64,000 nucleotides of DNA from Candidatus Altiarchaeota archaeon (GCA_043800705.1 JAZDMS010000034.1:13831-77830), one strand, 5' to 3'. Positions 1-9,967 are shown, counted from the stretch's first letter. Notes: generated from the sequence alone by a model not told the origin. Translations and numbers: made by a program.

Positions 1-2
1 CT

Positions 3-2087
3 GACTTCCTGGAAGGCCTTCTCGAAGTGTTTGGAGTCCACGTGGGATGCGGCCGTATCCTCCCTCATGGCAGCCATCGCGGCCTCCCTGCAGAGGGCTT
101 CTATGTCGGCTCCGGTGTAGCCTTCGGTCTTGCGGGCGAGCTCTTCGACGTTGACTGCCCGCAGGGGCATCCCCTTCGTGTGCACGCGCAGGATCTCCTC
201 CCTCGCCTCCTTGTCGGGAAGCGGGACGAGGACGAGGCGGTCGAATCTGCCTGGCCTGAGCATGCTGGGATCCAGCATGTCAGGGCGGTTCGTCGCCCCC
301 AGGATTATGACGTTCTCCAGGCGTTCTATGCCGTCCATCTCGGTGAGTATCTGGTTGACTACGGTCTCGGTGACGTGGGAGCCGAACTCCATCCCCCGCC
401 TGGGGGCCATCGCGTCCATCTCGTCGAAGAATATGATCGTGGGGGCGGTCTGCCTCGCTTTCTTGAAGATTTCCCTTATGCCCTTCTCGGATTCGCCGAC
501 CCATTTTGAGAGGAGCTCCGGCCCCTTGATGGCTATGAAGTTCGCCTCCGACTCGGTGGCGACCGCCTTTGCCAGCATCGTCTTCCCGCAGCCTGGGGGG
601 CCGTACAAGAGGACCGCCTTCGGGGGGTTTATCCCAAGTCGCGTGAACGCCTCCGGCTTCTTGAGGGGCCATTCGACGGCCTCCATCAATTCCTCCTTGA
701 CCTTCTTCAGGCCGCCGATGTCCGTCCAGTGGACATCTGGGACTTCGACCATTACTTCCCGCAGGGCGGATGGTTCGACCACCTTCAATGCCTCGTTGAA
801 GTCCTCCTTCGTGACCTGCAAAGTCTCCAGGACCTCCGCGGGTATGGTCTCGCTGTCGAGGTCGATCTTGGGCAGTATCCGCTTGAGCGCGTGCATCGCG
901 GCCTCGCGGCCGATCGCCGAGAGGTCGGCGCCTACGAAGCCGTGCGTAATCTTGGCTATCCGGTCTATGTCGACGTCCTCCGACATCGGCATGCCCCGGG
1001 TGTGTATCTGGAGTATCTCCTTCCTGCCGTTGACGTCAGGCACGCCTATCTCGATCTCCCTGTCGAATCGGCCGGGCCTCCTGAGCGCGGGGTCGAGCGA
1101 GTCCGGTCTGTTCGTGGCTGCGAGGACTATCACGTTGCCCCGGCTTACGAGGCCGTCCATCAGGGCCAGAAGCTGGGCGACAACCCTCCGTTCGACTTCG
1201 CCCTTGGTCTCGTCCCTCTTGGGGGCGATGGAGTCGAGCTCGTCTATGAATATGATCGATGGCGCGTTCTGCTGGGCATCATCGAATATGTCGCGGAGCT
1301 TCCGCTCGGATTCGCCGTAGAACTTGTCCATGATTTCGGGGCCGTTCAGGTGCAGGAAGTGGGCGTTCGATTCCGATGCGACGGCTTTGGCCAGGAGGGT
1401 TTTGCCTGTTCCTGGGGGGCCATATAGTAGTACGCCTTTTGGGGGTTTGATACCTAGTTTTTCGAACAGCTCCGGGTGCTTCATCGGCAGCTCCACCATC
1501 TCCCGGACCCTCGACACCTCGTCCTTGAGGCCTCCTATGTCCTCATACCTGATGGCGAGGCCCGCAATCGACTGCGGAGACATGGGCTTGTTCTTCACCT
1601 CGACGACGGTGTGTTCGTTGATTGTGACCACGCCCTCCGGCTTCGTGACGCCGATGGTGAACGAAATCGGCTGGTTCAATACCGTGATATAGAATATGTC
1701 GCCCGAAATGACGGGCCTGCCCATCATCACCCGCTGCTTGATGTATGCGTTGAAGTCCTCGCCGAACTTTATCTGCTGCTCAGTCGGGGCGATAACGACC
1801 TTCTTCGCGGGCTTAACGTCCGCCTTCCTGACCCTGATCTTGTCGCCGAGGGATGCGCCCGAGTTCTGGCGGATCGTGCCATCCATCCTGGCAATTCCGC
1901 GGCCGTCGTCCTCCTGATGCGTCTGCCAGACCTTGGCCGTGGTCGTCCTGCGGCCCTCGACCTCGACTATGTCCCCGGTCGTGACGTCGATCCGTTTCGC
2001 CGACATGGAATCGATCCTAACGATGCCGCGGCCTACGTCGTTCTGCAGCGCCTCTGCGACCTTCAACTCGATTTCCTTCTCAGACAT
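3..2087 (-). CDS. cdc48: CDC48/VCP (VAT) family AAA+ ATPase, 3' end runs off the window
   Basis: Not in the ORF track because it is truncated. Read manually from ATG at 2087: [26 protein letters not shown]. Two Walker A motifs ([16 protein letters not shown]) and [11 protein letters not shown] / [11 protein letters not shown] second regions of homology. Confidence 0.95.
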   Translation of the reverse strand, partial: MSEKEIELKVAEALQNDVGRGIVRIDSMSAKRIDVTTGDIVEVEGRRTTTAKVWQTHQEDDGRGIARMDGTIRQNSGASLGDKIRVRKADVKPAKKVVIAPTEQQIKFGEDFNAYIKQRVMMGRPVISGDIFYITVLNQPISFTIGVTKPEGVVTINEHTVVEVKNKPMSPQSIAGLAIRYEDIGGLKDEVSRVREMVELPMKHPELFEKLGIKPPKGVLLYGPPGTGKTLLAKAVASESNAHFLHLNGPEIMDKFYGESERKLRDIFDDAQQNAPSIIFIDELDSIAPKRDETKGEVERRVVAQLLALMDGLVSRGNVIVLAATNRPDSLDPALRRPGRFDREIEIGVPDVNGRKEILQIHTRGMPMSEDVDIDRIAKITHGFVGADLSAIGREAAMHALKRILPKIDLDSETIPAEVLETLQVTKEDFNEALKVVEPSALREVMVEVPDVHWTDIGGLKKVKEELMEAVEWPLKKPEAFTRLGINPPKAVLLYGPPGCGKTMLAKAVATESEANFIAIKGPELLSKWVGESEKGIREIFKKARQTAPTIIFFDEMDAMAPRRGMEFGSHVTETVVNQILTEMDGIERLENVIILGATNRPDMLDPSMLRPGRFDRLVLVPLPDKEAREEILRVHTKGMPLRAVNVEELARKTEGYTGADIEALCREAAMAAMREDTAASHVDSKHFEKAFQEV

Positions 2088-2214
2088 CGGGTAGTATATA
2101 GTACGGGACGCCTTTAAATACTTTGTGATTACCCATAGGTTAGCCTGTATAGTGGTTTTTTGCTTTGTCACTGCCAGCCTGCAGCCTAATGCCTTGGCCT
2201 GTGGAAAGACGACA

Positions 2215-2367
2215 GAGGACTGGAGACAGAGGACCGAGGACGGGAGACCGGAGACAGTAAACTGAGGACGGGAGACAGGATGCCGGTCTTCGGTTTTCAG
2301 TTTTCGGTTTTCGGTCTTCAGTCACCGCTATCTTAGAGGGAGGACTGAGGACCGAAGACTGAGGACG
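2215..2367. repeat. Degenerate 7-bp tandem repeat array with an internal inverted block
   Basis: Nine GRRRACN-type units (2215-2277), 5-6 inverted units GGTCTTC/GGTTTTC/AGTTTTC (2285-2326), then 4 forward units (2340-2367). Confidence 0.85.
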
Positions 2368-2510
2368 TAATAGTGTTGGGTTGGGGCCGGAGGGGGTGTC
2401 CTGTGTTCGATGTCCTTCTCATCTAGGGGGGTGAGAAAGAAATAAATCCCATACCGACCCCAACCTTATGTACTAAATTGTGTCCGCCGATATTTAATCT
2501 AAATAGATAA

Positions 2511-2672
2511 CGCCGGTTACTATGGCATAAGACCGGGCTGTTCCGATGCCGTGCCCCGGGGAACGGACCAAACTGCCGGCTCAGGGTTCATATGGCCTAA
2601 ATCCCCGCCTAACGCGTATGCTTGAACGGGTTGTATGAGCCGTTATCCCGCATTTTCCGATAGGAACCGGCG
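2511..2672 (+). ncRNA. Candidate structured small RNA, family unknown
   Basis: Closing helix CGCCGGTT/AACCGGCG; internal helices GGCTCA/TGAGCC, GTTCA/TGAAC, GTTCC/GGAAC; TATA-like TATTTAAT at 2491-2498; T-tract downstream. Confidence 0.35.
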
Positions 2673-2715
2673 AGGGCTATGTTTTTCAAGTATATGGGAC
2701 GAAGGTTTTTATGGG

Positions 2716-3876
2716 TCAGTCCTTCATGTACTCCCGTAGGAGGACGGTGGCATAGCTCCCCTTCCCGAGGCTGAAGCCGAACGTCGCATCGCCCCCTTCG
2801 AGGGAGTATGTGAAATCTTCCGCAACCGAGTATGCGTCCCTGTATTCGCCCTTACTTGCCAGCTCCCCCATGCCCGCGACCTTGAAATTTTCGCGGCGTA
2901 TGCCGTCTGCTTCCAGAATCCTCGCTGAAATGTCGTCGGCCTCTACATCCCACCCGACAAGGGGCAGTGACTCAACTGTCAGGCCTCTGCGGATGCATTC
3001 GCTCAGGGCCCTGTTGAAGATGTGGCTCTGGTAGGCGTGGATGAACATCTTCTGAAGGCCCCCCGGAAAGGTCCTCAGCGCCCCTTGCCAGTCGCCGGGA
3101 TATTGGATGAGATGGTTGAGGAGGGATTTCTCGTACCCCAGGTTGGTTGGAAAATTTTCCAATGCGGCCTGGAAATCCCTGGATTCTGCTAAGGAGTCTC
3201 GAAGGGCCGTCGTATCCGGACCCTCTCCTTCGAACGATTTGCCGACGTATGTCAACACCGCGCCTTCGAAGTCGCCCACCAGCATCATCTTCCCGACCTC
3301 GTGTGTTATGGGCCGGACGTCGCCGAACCTCTGATGCCCGTAGAAGTTCGGGAATCCGGATGTCAATTGGGCTGAGGTGGCTTCGATGAGGTCCTTCGCT
3401 CCGGGCTTGACGCCCCTAACTTTGATGGTGAATCGGTTGCCTTTGAGGCTGCCAAGGCCGAGGTTCTCGTCGGCGTATGTGAAGTCCTTGAGTACGATGT
3501 CCTTGATCTTCACGCCCCTGAGCCGCTCGAGCGGTACCTTGTATGCAGAGACCCTCTGGGCGGTAAAAGCCCGCTTGTCCTTTGTGCCTGCGAACTGGAA
3601 GCGGTCCCTTGATACCCCGATCCTCTGGGCGACCTCCTTCAAGGCCCTCATCGTGTCCCAGTTCTCCTTGACGAGGGTGAAATGTGTATAGGCTCCGGGG
3701 GACATGTCGCCCGGCTTGTCGCCGTCGAAGCCGAGGACCGCGCCCTCCGGAGTGATCTCCGCGACCATGAAATCCCCAGGCTCCCCCTTGATGGTGCCGC
3801 CGATGCCGGAGGTGGACGAGACATATTCCGCCATTCCTATGTAGATGTCGCGCGCCGGAGGTCTTATTCGGGCCAT
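2716..3876 (-). CDS. truD: tRNA pseudouridine(13) synthase TruD
   Basis: Motifs DFMVAEI, FAGTKDKRAFTAQ, GNRFTI, PNFYGHQRFG, FSLGKGSYAT. Start placed at ATG 3876. Confidence 0.93.
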   Translation of the reverse strand: MARIRPPARDIYIGMAEYVSSTSGIGGTIKGEPGDFMVAEITPEGAVLGFDGDKPGDMSPGAYTHFTLVKENWDTMRALKEVAQRIGVSRDRFQFAGTKDKRAFTAQRVSAYKVPLERLRGVKIKDIVLKDFTYADENLGLGSLKGNRFTIKVRGVKPGAKDLIEATSAQLTSGFPNFYGHQRFGDVRPITHEVGKMMLVGDFEGAVLTYVGKSFEGEGPDTTALRDSLAESRDFQAALENFPTNLGYEKSLLNHLIQYPGDWQGALRTFPGGLQKMFIHAYQSHIFNRALSECIRRGLTVESLPLVGWDVEADDISARILEADGIRRENFKVAGMGELASKGEYRDAYSVAEDFTYSLEGGDATFGFSLGKGSYATVLLREYMKD

Positions 3877-3946
3877 CACATTAGAATACGGAACAGCCAT
3901 AAATGAGCTGCAGAGGCGAGTCAAGGGAGAAATTAGCCTTGGCAGA

Positions 3947-4534
3947 TCAGGGCCTGTCCACGATTATCGCCCGTGTATTTGGGATTTTGCCCTTCAGTAG
4001 CCTGGTTAGGGACTCCAATTCTTTCCCGCGGTCAATTCCGTCGGTTGCCTTAAGCGGGATCGTAATCTTCCGGAGGCCAAGCCCCTCCTCGACAGGCCCT
4101 ACCGTCTCAAGAATGCAAGCGGAGATGGACTCTCCCCAGATTTCACAAGGCGTCTCTGGGCTTATCCCCAAGTCTCTTTTGGCCAATTCGGTTTTAAGCA
4201 TGCTGATGCTGCTCATGTCGTTATCATCGAAGAGAAAACTGGGACTTGGCAACACTATCAGCCGCCTTCCGCCGAGCCTCTCCTTCGCGTAATTTTCAAC
4301 CTCGGTCCAGACCCTCTTTCTGCGATAATCGTCTTTATATTCCCTCTCCCTTGAAGGGGAAAATACGGCCAAAACATCTTCCTGGCCGAGAAAGTCGATC
4401 TTCCCCTTATACACTTCAAGCAAACGTTCGCCCATTACCCTGTCCTGGGCAGTTAGTGGAGCCTCAGGCTCTATGTGTTCGCTGTAGAAGCCAAAACACG
4501 GATGGAGGAGTATATGCAGCCTGCCAACCTTCAT
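3947..4534 (-). CDS. Hypothetical protein (195 aa)
   Basis: ATG start, fills the intergenic space, normal composition. HILLHP N-terminus and IWGE..SACI segment, no firm family. Confidence 0.6.
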   Translation of the reverse strand: MKVGRLHILLHPCFGFYSEHIEPEAPLTAQDRVMGERLLEVYKGKIDFLGQEDVLAVFSPSREREYKDDYRRKRVWTEVENYAKERLGGRRLIVLPSPSFLFDDNDMSSISMLKTELAKRDLGISPETPCEIWGESISACILETVGPVEEGLGLRKITIPLKATDGIDRGKELESLTRLLKGKIPNTRAIIVDRP

Positions 4535-4634
4535 AATAATCAGATGTCTTAGATGCTATAATAGCCCACTTGTCCAGAATCATCCGGTTAAGCCTTACGC
4601 TGCCATTTATTCCAGGCATCACATAATATTCTGC

Positions 4635-4919
4635 ATGTCGCTAAATGAACTCCAAATGCAGGTGAAGGCCTACGACAGGAAGAAGGGATGGTCTAAGGAC
4701 ACACCCGAGGAGGCCCTCATCCACATGCAGGAGGAGCTCGGCGAGATAGCCAGGGAAATCCTCAAGAAACGCGGATACAAGAAGGGCGGATACGAGCCGG
4801 ACAGGCTCAACGACGAGATGACGGACCTCATATACCTCACCATGAAGCTCGGAAACCTCCTCGACCTCGACCTAGAAAAGGGATGGGGCAGGATGGAGAA
4901 GAGGTTCGAGGGAAAGTGA
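4635..4919 (+). CDS. MazG-like nucleotide pyrophosphohydrolase
   Basis: EELGE and DEMTD acidic metal-binding motifs in a 94-aa all-alpha protein. Confidence 0.8.
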   Translation: MSLNELQMQVKAYDRKKGWSKDTPEEALIHMQEELGEIAREILKKRGYKKGGYEPDRLNDEMTDLIYLTMKLGNLLDLDLEKGWGRMEKRFEGK

Positions 4920-4960
4920 TTTTTCTGCTGGATTTTAATTAGTCCGTCTCAGTCGGTTAT

Positions 4961-6130
4961 ATGGGCAGTCTCCACGGCGACGTGCGGCCATACAAAGGTG
5001 GAGAAGTCAAGCCGTATCATGGCGGAGAAGTGAAGCCGTTCCCCCACAGGAATCCTTTCGAGACCGCTCCGAAGAACGCAGAGCGTAGCATGAACGCCGT
5101 CATCAATCCCATAATAGCCAAACTGGAAGCGCATGGGATTATGCCCTCGCAGGACAAACACGGAAAATATGACCGCAGATCCTACCGCAACGTCAAAGAG
5201 CACCTGGACACCTACGACCTTGCGGCGATCGAGTATACATACGACGATGTCCGCCGCCTGCTCACCGACCCTTGGGCGAACATGTTCAGAAGGCCCCTCC
5301 TAAGCGGCATAACATACGACCACCTCAGGAATTACCCCGCCTCGACTGATAACCAGAGAGGCCTCAGGGACGCCGTCATACGGTCGGCGAAGGGCTACGG
5401 ATGGGAATACTACCATTCTGACGAGAGACAGGAATGGTACGAGGTCATCAGCCGCATAAAGGCGGACAAGCATTATTCGCGGGCGATGGGGAACACGCTG
5501 GCGCTCAGGTATGAGGGGGTCGCGAAGCAGATGTACGAGCTCAACGAGGACTTCTACAGGGACAAGGGGGAAGGTCGCGACTGGATAACCGACGTGGGGC
5601 ACGGGATCACGCAGGTCACCTGGCCGGCGATTCTGGTCGTCCCACTCGAGGACGAGATCGTCCTGAAGCGGCCCATAAGGCACCTCCTCGTGGAGGACCA
5701 GATACGTTCGCTGTGGCCGGCCCTTTTCAGGAAGAGTCTGGGATACCTCAGTTATCCCAACGACGATAGCAGGGTATGTCCGACCGCGGAGAAGGCGATT
5801 GAAATTCTGGAAGGAAATCCGCCGCCCGACGTCATCACCACCGACATCGAACTGGGCAAGGGGATGGACGGCCTTGAATTCGCCGAAAGGGCGAGGAAGC
5901 TGCTTCGGCCAAGGACGCAGATCTACGTATACTCGAGTTATATCCCGGAGCATGAGGGACGACTAAAGGAGATGGTGAAGGAGGGCATATTGCAGGGATA
6001 CTTCAGCAAACAAGGCTATGAGCCCAGGCTGAAGGCCATGGTGGCGGACGAGACGATACAGGGGTATTTCAGCAAGCACGGATTCCACATAGACCAACTC
6101 ACAAGTGAAATCAACAAGCGCCTGGATTAA
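4961..6130 (+). CDS. Protein with a C-terminal CheY-like receiver domain
   Basis: LLVEDQ ... PDVITTDIELGKGMDGLEF ... IYVYSS ... GYFSK receiver signature. N-terminal region unknown. Confidence 0.75.
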   Translation: MGSLHGDVRPYKGGEVKPYHGGEVKPFPHRNPFETAPKNAERSMNAVINPIIAKLEAHGIMPSQDKHGKYDRRSYRNVKEHLDTYDLAAIEYTYDDVRRLLTDPWANMFRRPLLSGITYDHLRNYPASTDNQRGLRDAVIRSAKGYGWEYYHSDERQEWYEVISRIKADKHYSRAMGNTLALRYEGVAKQMYELNEDFYRDKGEGRDWITDVGHGITQVTWPAILVVPLEDEIVLKRPIRHLLVEDQIRSLWPALFRKSLGYLSYPNDDSRVCPTAEKAIEILEGNPPPDVITTDIELGKGMDGLEFAERARKLLRPRTQIYVYSSYIPEHEGRLKEMVKEGILQGYFSKQGYEPRLKAMVADETIQGYFSKHGFHIDQLTSEINKRLD

Positions 6131-6214
6131 GTCAGGATATAAGCGATTGTTCAATTAGATTATCAGATGGATCCTTGGACCGTCGGCGAGGTGGCCGATT
6201 GTTGGGGCTGACTG

Positions 6215-7126
6215 TCATCGCGTTTGCATGTATTTTTTTACGATATACGCTATGAACGGCTTTTCGTCCTTTTCTATCTGGTATTTGTCGAGGACGTTGT
6301 AGTATTCTTCGAGGTCTTCGACTGGTATGTCTATGAGGGGGTATCGTCTCTTCCAGAGTATCCAGTTCATAAGAAGCCTCGACACTCTGCTGTTTCCGTC
6401 GGCGAACGGTTGCATCGAGATGACTTTCAGGTGTACCAGCGCTGCGAGCTCCAATGGGTGGAGCCTTTTGTTTTCCGCCCCGTACCATCTGAAGAAGTTT
6501 CCGATCTCCTTCGGCAGGCTGTCCCAGTGCGGCGGAACGTATGGGGTGCCGGCGATTTTAACGTCTCTTTCAAGTTCGTCCCTGAACTTTCCAGTGACTG
6601 TGTCGTCTACGCCTGAAAAAAGTATCCTGTGGATTTTTTTCATGAAACTCCTGTCGAGAACTCCCTTATGCTTGGTTATTGCCGCCACCCCCAGCTTATG
6701 GTTCTCAAGTTCCCTGACAGTGAGAAGGCTCTTGATGTCCTTCGGCACGATGCCGTCCTTCAATATAAGCGCAGTCTGCCTGAGCGTCACGTTTACGCCC
6801 GATAGTTTGCTGCTGTCATAGGTAAATCGTATGGTAAACTCCTCAGCCCTCCTTCGTCTCTCAACCAGGCTCATGGATTCATTCTCCACTCTGGAGGCTT
6901 CCCTCTTTTCCTCTATTTTTTTGGCCTCCTCGGGGGAAAGATATGCGAATATTCTCCCAAGCGGCCGCTTTCTCAAATCTTCCTCCATCTCCCTCAGCCG
7001 CTCCTTAGAAGGCAGTGTTTTTCCGATATAGCTTGTAAGATGAGCAATTTTGCCGTTTCTGCGCACGGTCCGCACAAGCCGGTAATATGTTCTGCCCCTT
7101 TGAGTCCTTTTTTCGATTGAGACCAC
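6215..7126 (-). CDS. Fic/DOC family protein
   Basis: Fic-like motif QPFADGNSRVSR (canonical HPFxDGNGRxxR), DSSKLSG segment, basic N-terminal extension. Confidence 0.85.
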   Translation of the reverse strand: MVSIEKRTQRGRTYYRLVRTVRRNGKIAHLTSYIGKTLPSKERLREMEEDLRKRPLGRIFAYLSPEEAKKIEEKREASRVENESMSLVERRRRAEEFTIRFTYDSSKLSGVNVTLRQTALILKDGIVPKDIKSLLTVRELENHKLGVAAITKHKGVLDRSFMKKIHRILFSGVDDTVTGKFRDELERDVKIAGTPYVPPHWDSLPKEIGNFFRWYGAENKRLHPLELAALVHLKVISMQPFADGNSRVSRLLMNWILWKRRYPLIDIPVEDLEEYYNVLDKYQIEKDEKPFIAYIVKKYMQTR

Positions 7127-7236
7127 ATGCCATTATAGGGGATACAAATATATAAATGTTAAATTTGGGGGATACATAGCTGGCTGATGCCGGGATACGG
7201 CCGTATTAACTACTAAATAGGGCAAAAGTAGTATTA

Positions 7237-8343
7237 TTGATGGGAATGGACCCGTGGACCGTCGGCGAGATAGCCGATTATGGGAAGCTGATGAAGGAGT
7301 TCGGGATGGAGCCGATGCAGGACTACCAGAAGCGCTTCGACGGCTTCCGCTATATCAGGAGAGGCATCATCTTCGGCCACAGGGACCTGGGGAGAATCGT
7401 CGAGGCCAAGGATAAGGGCATGCCGTTCGCCCTCATGACGGGGCTTATGCCGTCGGGGAACTTCCACATGGGCCATAAGATGGTGGCCGATGAGATCATC
7501 TGGTTCCAGGAGATGGGCGCGGACGTATTCATCTGCGCCGCGGACATCGAAAGCTACCTGATGAGGGACGTCGGGTTCGAGAAGGCGAAGGAGATCGCGG
7601 TCATGGAGTATCTGACCAACTACTTCGCGCTGGGGCTCAAGAGGAAGAATCTCCACTTCTGGTTCCAGAGCGACTACGTCAGCGAATACTACAGGCTCAG
7701 GGACATGGCATCGAAGAGGGTGACCTTCAAGGAGTTGGAGGCCATCTACGGGGAACTGTCTCCTGCCAAGATCGTGTCCGTCCTAACACAGGTCGCCGAC
7801 ATACTGCATCCGCAGCTGCCGGGATTCGGTGGGCCAAAGCCCGTGGTGGTTCCGGTTGGCGCGGACCAGGACCCCCATATCAGGCTCACGAGGGACATCG
7901 CATCGAGGCTTAACGCGGAAAGGGAAGGGAGGCAGGATATGAGATGCATCCCGCCGTCTGCGACCTATCATAAGTTCATGGGCGGCCTCCAGGGCGGGAA
8001 GATGAGCTCCTCCGACCCGAAGAGCCACATCGCATTGAACGAGGACCCGGCCGCCGCGAAGAGGAAGATCATGTCCTCCAAGACCGGGGGACGCGATACG
8101 CTCGAGGAGCAGAAGAGGATAGGGGGGCAGCCGGAGAAGTGCATGATATACGAGCTATACCTCTACCACCTAATAGACGACGACCTCGAGTTGAGCAGGA
8201 TATACCACGCATGCAAGGACGGCACGCTCCTTTGCGGGCAGGACAAGATGCATTGCGCAGAGCTGATGGAGAAGTTCCTCAAGGAGCACCAGAAGAAGAG
8301 GCAGCATGCGCAGAAAGAGGCTGAGAAGGTCCTGGAAAAATGA
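7237..8343 (+). CDS. trpS: Tryptophanyl-tRNA synthetase, archaeal type
   Basis: TGLMPSG.FHMGH (HIGH), VPVGADQDPH, KMSSS, KTGGRDT.EEQ. Confidence 0.93.
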   Translation: MMGMDPWTVGEIADYGKLMKEFGMEPMQDYQKRFDGFRYIRRGIIFGHRDLGRIVEAKDKGMPFALMTGLMPSGNFHMGHKMVADEIIWFQEMGADVFICAADIESYLMRDVGFEKAKEIAVMEYLTNYFALGLKRKNLHFWFQSDYVSEYYRLRDMASKRVTFKELEAIYGELSPAKIVSVLTQVADILHPQLPGFGGPKPVVVPVGADQDPHIRLTRDIASRLNAEREGRQDMRCIPPSATYHKFMGGLQGGKMSSSDPKSHIALNEDPAAAKRKIMSSKTGGRDTLEEQKRIGGQPEKCMIYELYLYHLIDDDLELSRIYHACKDGTLLCGQDKMHCAELMEKFLKEHQKKRQHAQKEAEKVLEK

Positions 8344-9062
8344 ATGTCCCCGAAGGCGTCATGGACGACTCGTACGCCAGGGAGAGGAAGCTGAAGAAAA
8401 GCCTCATCTTCAGATATAAGGTGAGGGCGAATGTGGTGGCAGAGGCTTCCAGGAGATTCCTAGAGCCGGGAAAACCCATCAGGGTCCTGGACTTCGGCTC
8501 CGCCGACGGCCTCACGCTCATCGAACTCGGCAGGCTCCTGCCTGATGCGACGTTCCTGGGCATAGAATATTCCGAGTCGCTCCTCAGGTGCGTCCCGAAG
8601 CTGCCCGAGAACATGCGGATAGTGAGGGGCGACATCACGAGCCTGCCGAATGAGGCCGGCGGCGGATACGACCTCGTCAGCGCATTGGCGGTCCTCGAAC
8701 ACCTGGATGACCCCAAGAAGGCGGTCATGGAGGCTGCGAGGGTCCTTCGGCCGGGGGGGATATTCGTCGCCACATGCCCGAATCCCTTCTGGGAGGGTCT
8801 GTCTTCCCGCATGGGCCTGCTCAAAGGCGACCACCACACGACGGAACTCGACCTGAAGAGGATGGAGGAGATCGCCGTGGGATGCGGCCTGGAGGTAGTG
8901 TCCAGGGAAAGGTTCATGCTCGCCGCCGTGACGTTCCTGCCTTATTTGGGGATACAGGTCTCCCCGTCCGGGTCCTTGGGCATCGACCGGGCGGCTTCGA
9001 GGCTTCGGATGCTGGACTGGCTCTTCACCAACCAGCTCATAATCGCCAGGAAAACCACGTGA
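8340..9062 (+). CDS. Class I SAM-dependent methyltransferase
   Basis: VLDFGSADG motif I, AVLEHL, RVLRPGG. ATGA overlap with trpS. Confidence 0.85.
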   Translation: MNVPEGVMDDSYARERKLKKSLIFRYKVRANVVAEASRRFLEPGKPIRVLDFGSADGLTLIELGRLLPDATFLGIEYSESLLRCVPKLPENMRIVRGDITSLPNEAGGGYDLVSALAVLEHLDDPKKAVMEAARVLRPGGIFVATCPNPFWEGLSSRMGLLKGDHHTTELDLKRMEEIAVGCGLEVVSRERFMLAAVTFLPYLGIQVSPSGSLGIDRAASRLRMLDWLFTNQLIIARKTT

Positions 9063-9097
9063 TAAGCATTTATTCCTAATGTGGCCTAATAATAGGC

Positions 9098-9967
9098 ATG
9101 TATTTCAGGCATCTGCGCAGGCTCATATGGTTGACGCTTTTCTTTTCCGCCGCGGGGTACGCCTCCGCCTACTACACGATGGGCATGTACATAACGCCGC
9201 CCGACTTCAGCGAAAGCCTCAATTCGACGATGGATGTGAGGCTCATTAACAGCGGCGACGAGATGGCCTACAAAGGCACCCTCCAGGTCATGCACCCGAC
9301 GAGCCTAAAGTCCGATCCCATCACCTTCGGCACCATGGCCCCGAACGTGACGAACAACATGACGGTCAGAGTCCTTGCGGATGCGACCATGAAGCCGGGG
9401 ACATATCCCCTGGTCACCTCGCTGGAGTTCATGGACGGCAACAATTACCCGATATACATGATATTCGAGACAGGATTCGAACTGGGCAAGACGTCGACGA
9501 CGAAGGTCTACGGGACCCTGTCCACGGCCGAACTTCCATCAGACGGGCAGGGAACGCTGACCTTGAAGATAAAGAACATGGACGAAGTCCCCCGCACCGT
9601 GAAGACCCGCATCTTCCTCCCGGCCAGCCTTACCGCGGACAGGACTGAGGAGGATGTCCCGATCGAACCCCAGGGGGAGGCTAAAGTTGAATACCAGATT
9701 TCCAACTTCATGGCGCTGCAGGACAGCAACTTCATGGTCCTTGCCACGATAGAATACGACGACGACACCCATCATGCGACCATTGCGAGGGGGAGGGTGA
9801 AGGTGCTGGCTTCGGGCCAGGACAATGACCCGGATTATCTGTTGCCTGCCGCCGCGGCAGTCGTGGTCCTTTGCATCCTTGGCTTCGGCTACTGGAGGCT
9901 TGGCGGCCTCGGGCAGATGAAGAGGTGGCTTCTGACGCCCGGTAAAAAGCCCAGGCAGGCTAGATGA
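9098..9967 (+). CDS. Secreted/surface protein with Ig-like (CARDB/S-layer-associated-like) domains and a C-terminal TM anchor
   Basis: Signal peptide, beta-rich segments (LINSGDE, PGTYPL, LKIKN), C-terminal hydrophobic helix with basic tail. Confidence 0.65.
   Translation: MYFRHLRRLIWLTLFFSAAGYASAYYTMGMYITPPDFSESLNSTMDVRLINSGDEMAYKGTLQVMHPTSLKSDPITFGTMAPNVTNNMTVRVLADATMKPGTYPLVTSLEFMDGNNYPIYMIFETGFELGKTSTTKVYGTLSTAELPSDGQGTLTLKIKNMDEVPRTVKTRIFLPASLTADRTEEDVPIEPQGEAKVEYQISNFMALQDSNFMVLATIEYDDDTHHATIARGRVKVLASGQDNDPDYLLPAAAAVVVLCILGFGYWRLGGLGQMKRWLLTPGKKPRQAR

Noticed and set aside
27-2117. Several + strand ORFs (e.g. 130..1320, 729..1427)
   Set aside because: Antisense shadows of cdc48, which occupies the minus strand with clear motifs.
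2140-2325. 61-aa [15 protein letters not shown]
   Set aside because: It is the translation of the heptamer repeat array.
2215-2367. Repeat arrays here and at 23697-23820 as CRISPR
   Set aside because: Period is 7 bp with no unique spacers, and no cas genes are in the window.
2560-2650. Minus-strand words (GGGATAAC, GGCTCAT, TACGCG, CAGTTTGGTCC) reminiscent of 23S rRNA domain V
   Set aside because: The matches are short, recalled from memory and wrongly spaced. G-U pairing and the TATA-like motif favour the + strand. Probably chance; BLASTN against rRNA would settle it.
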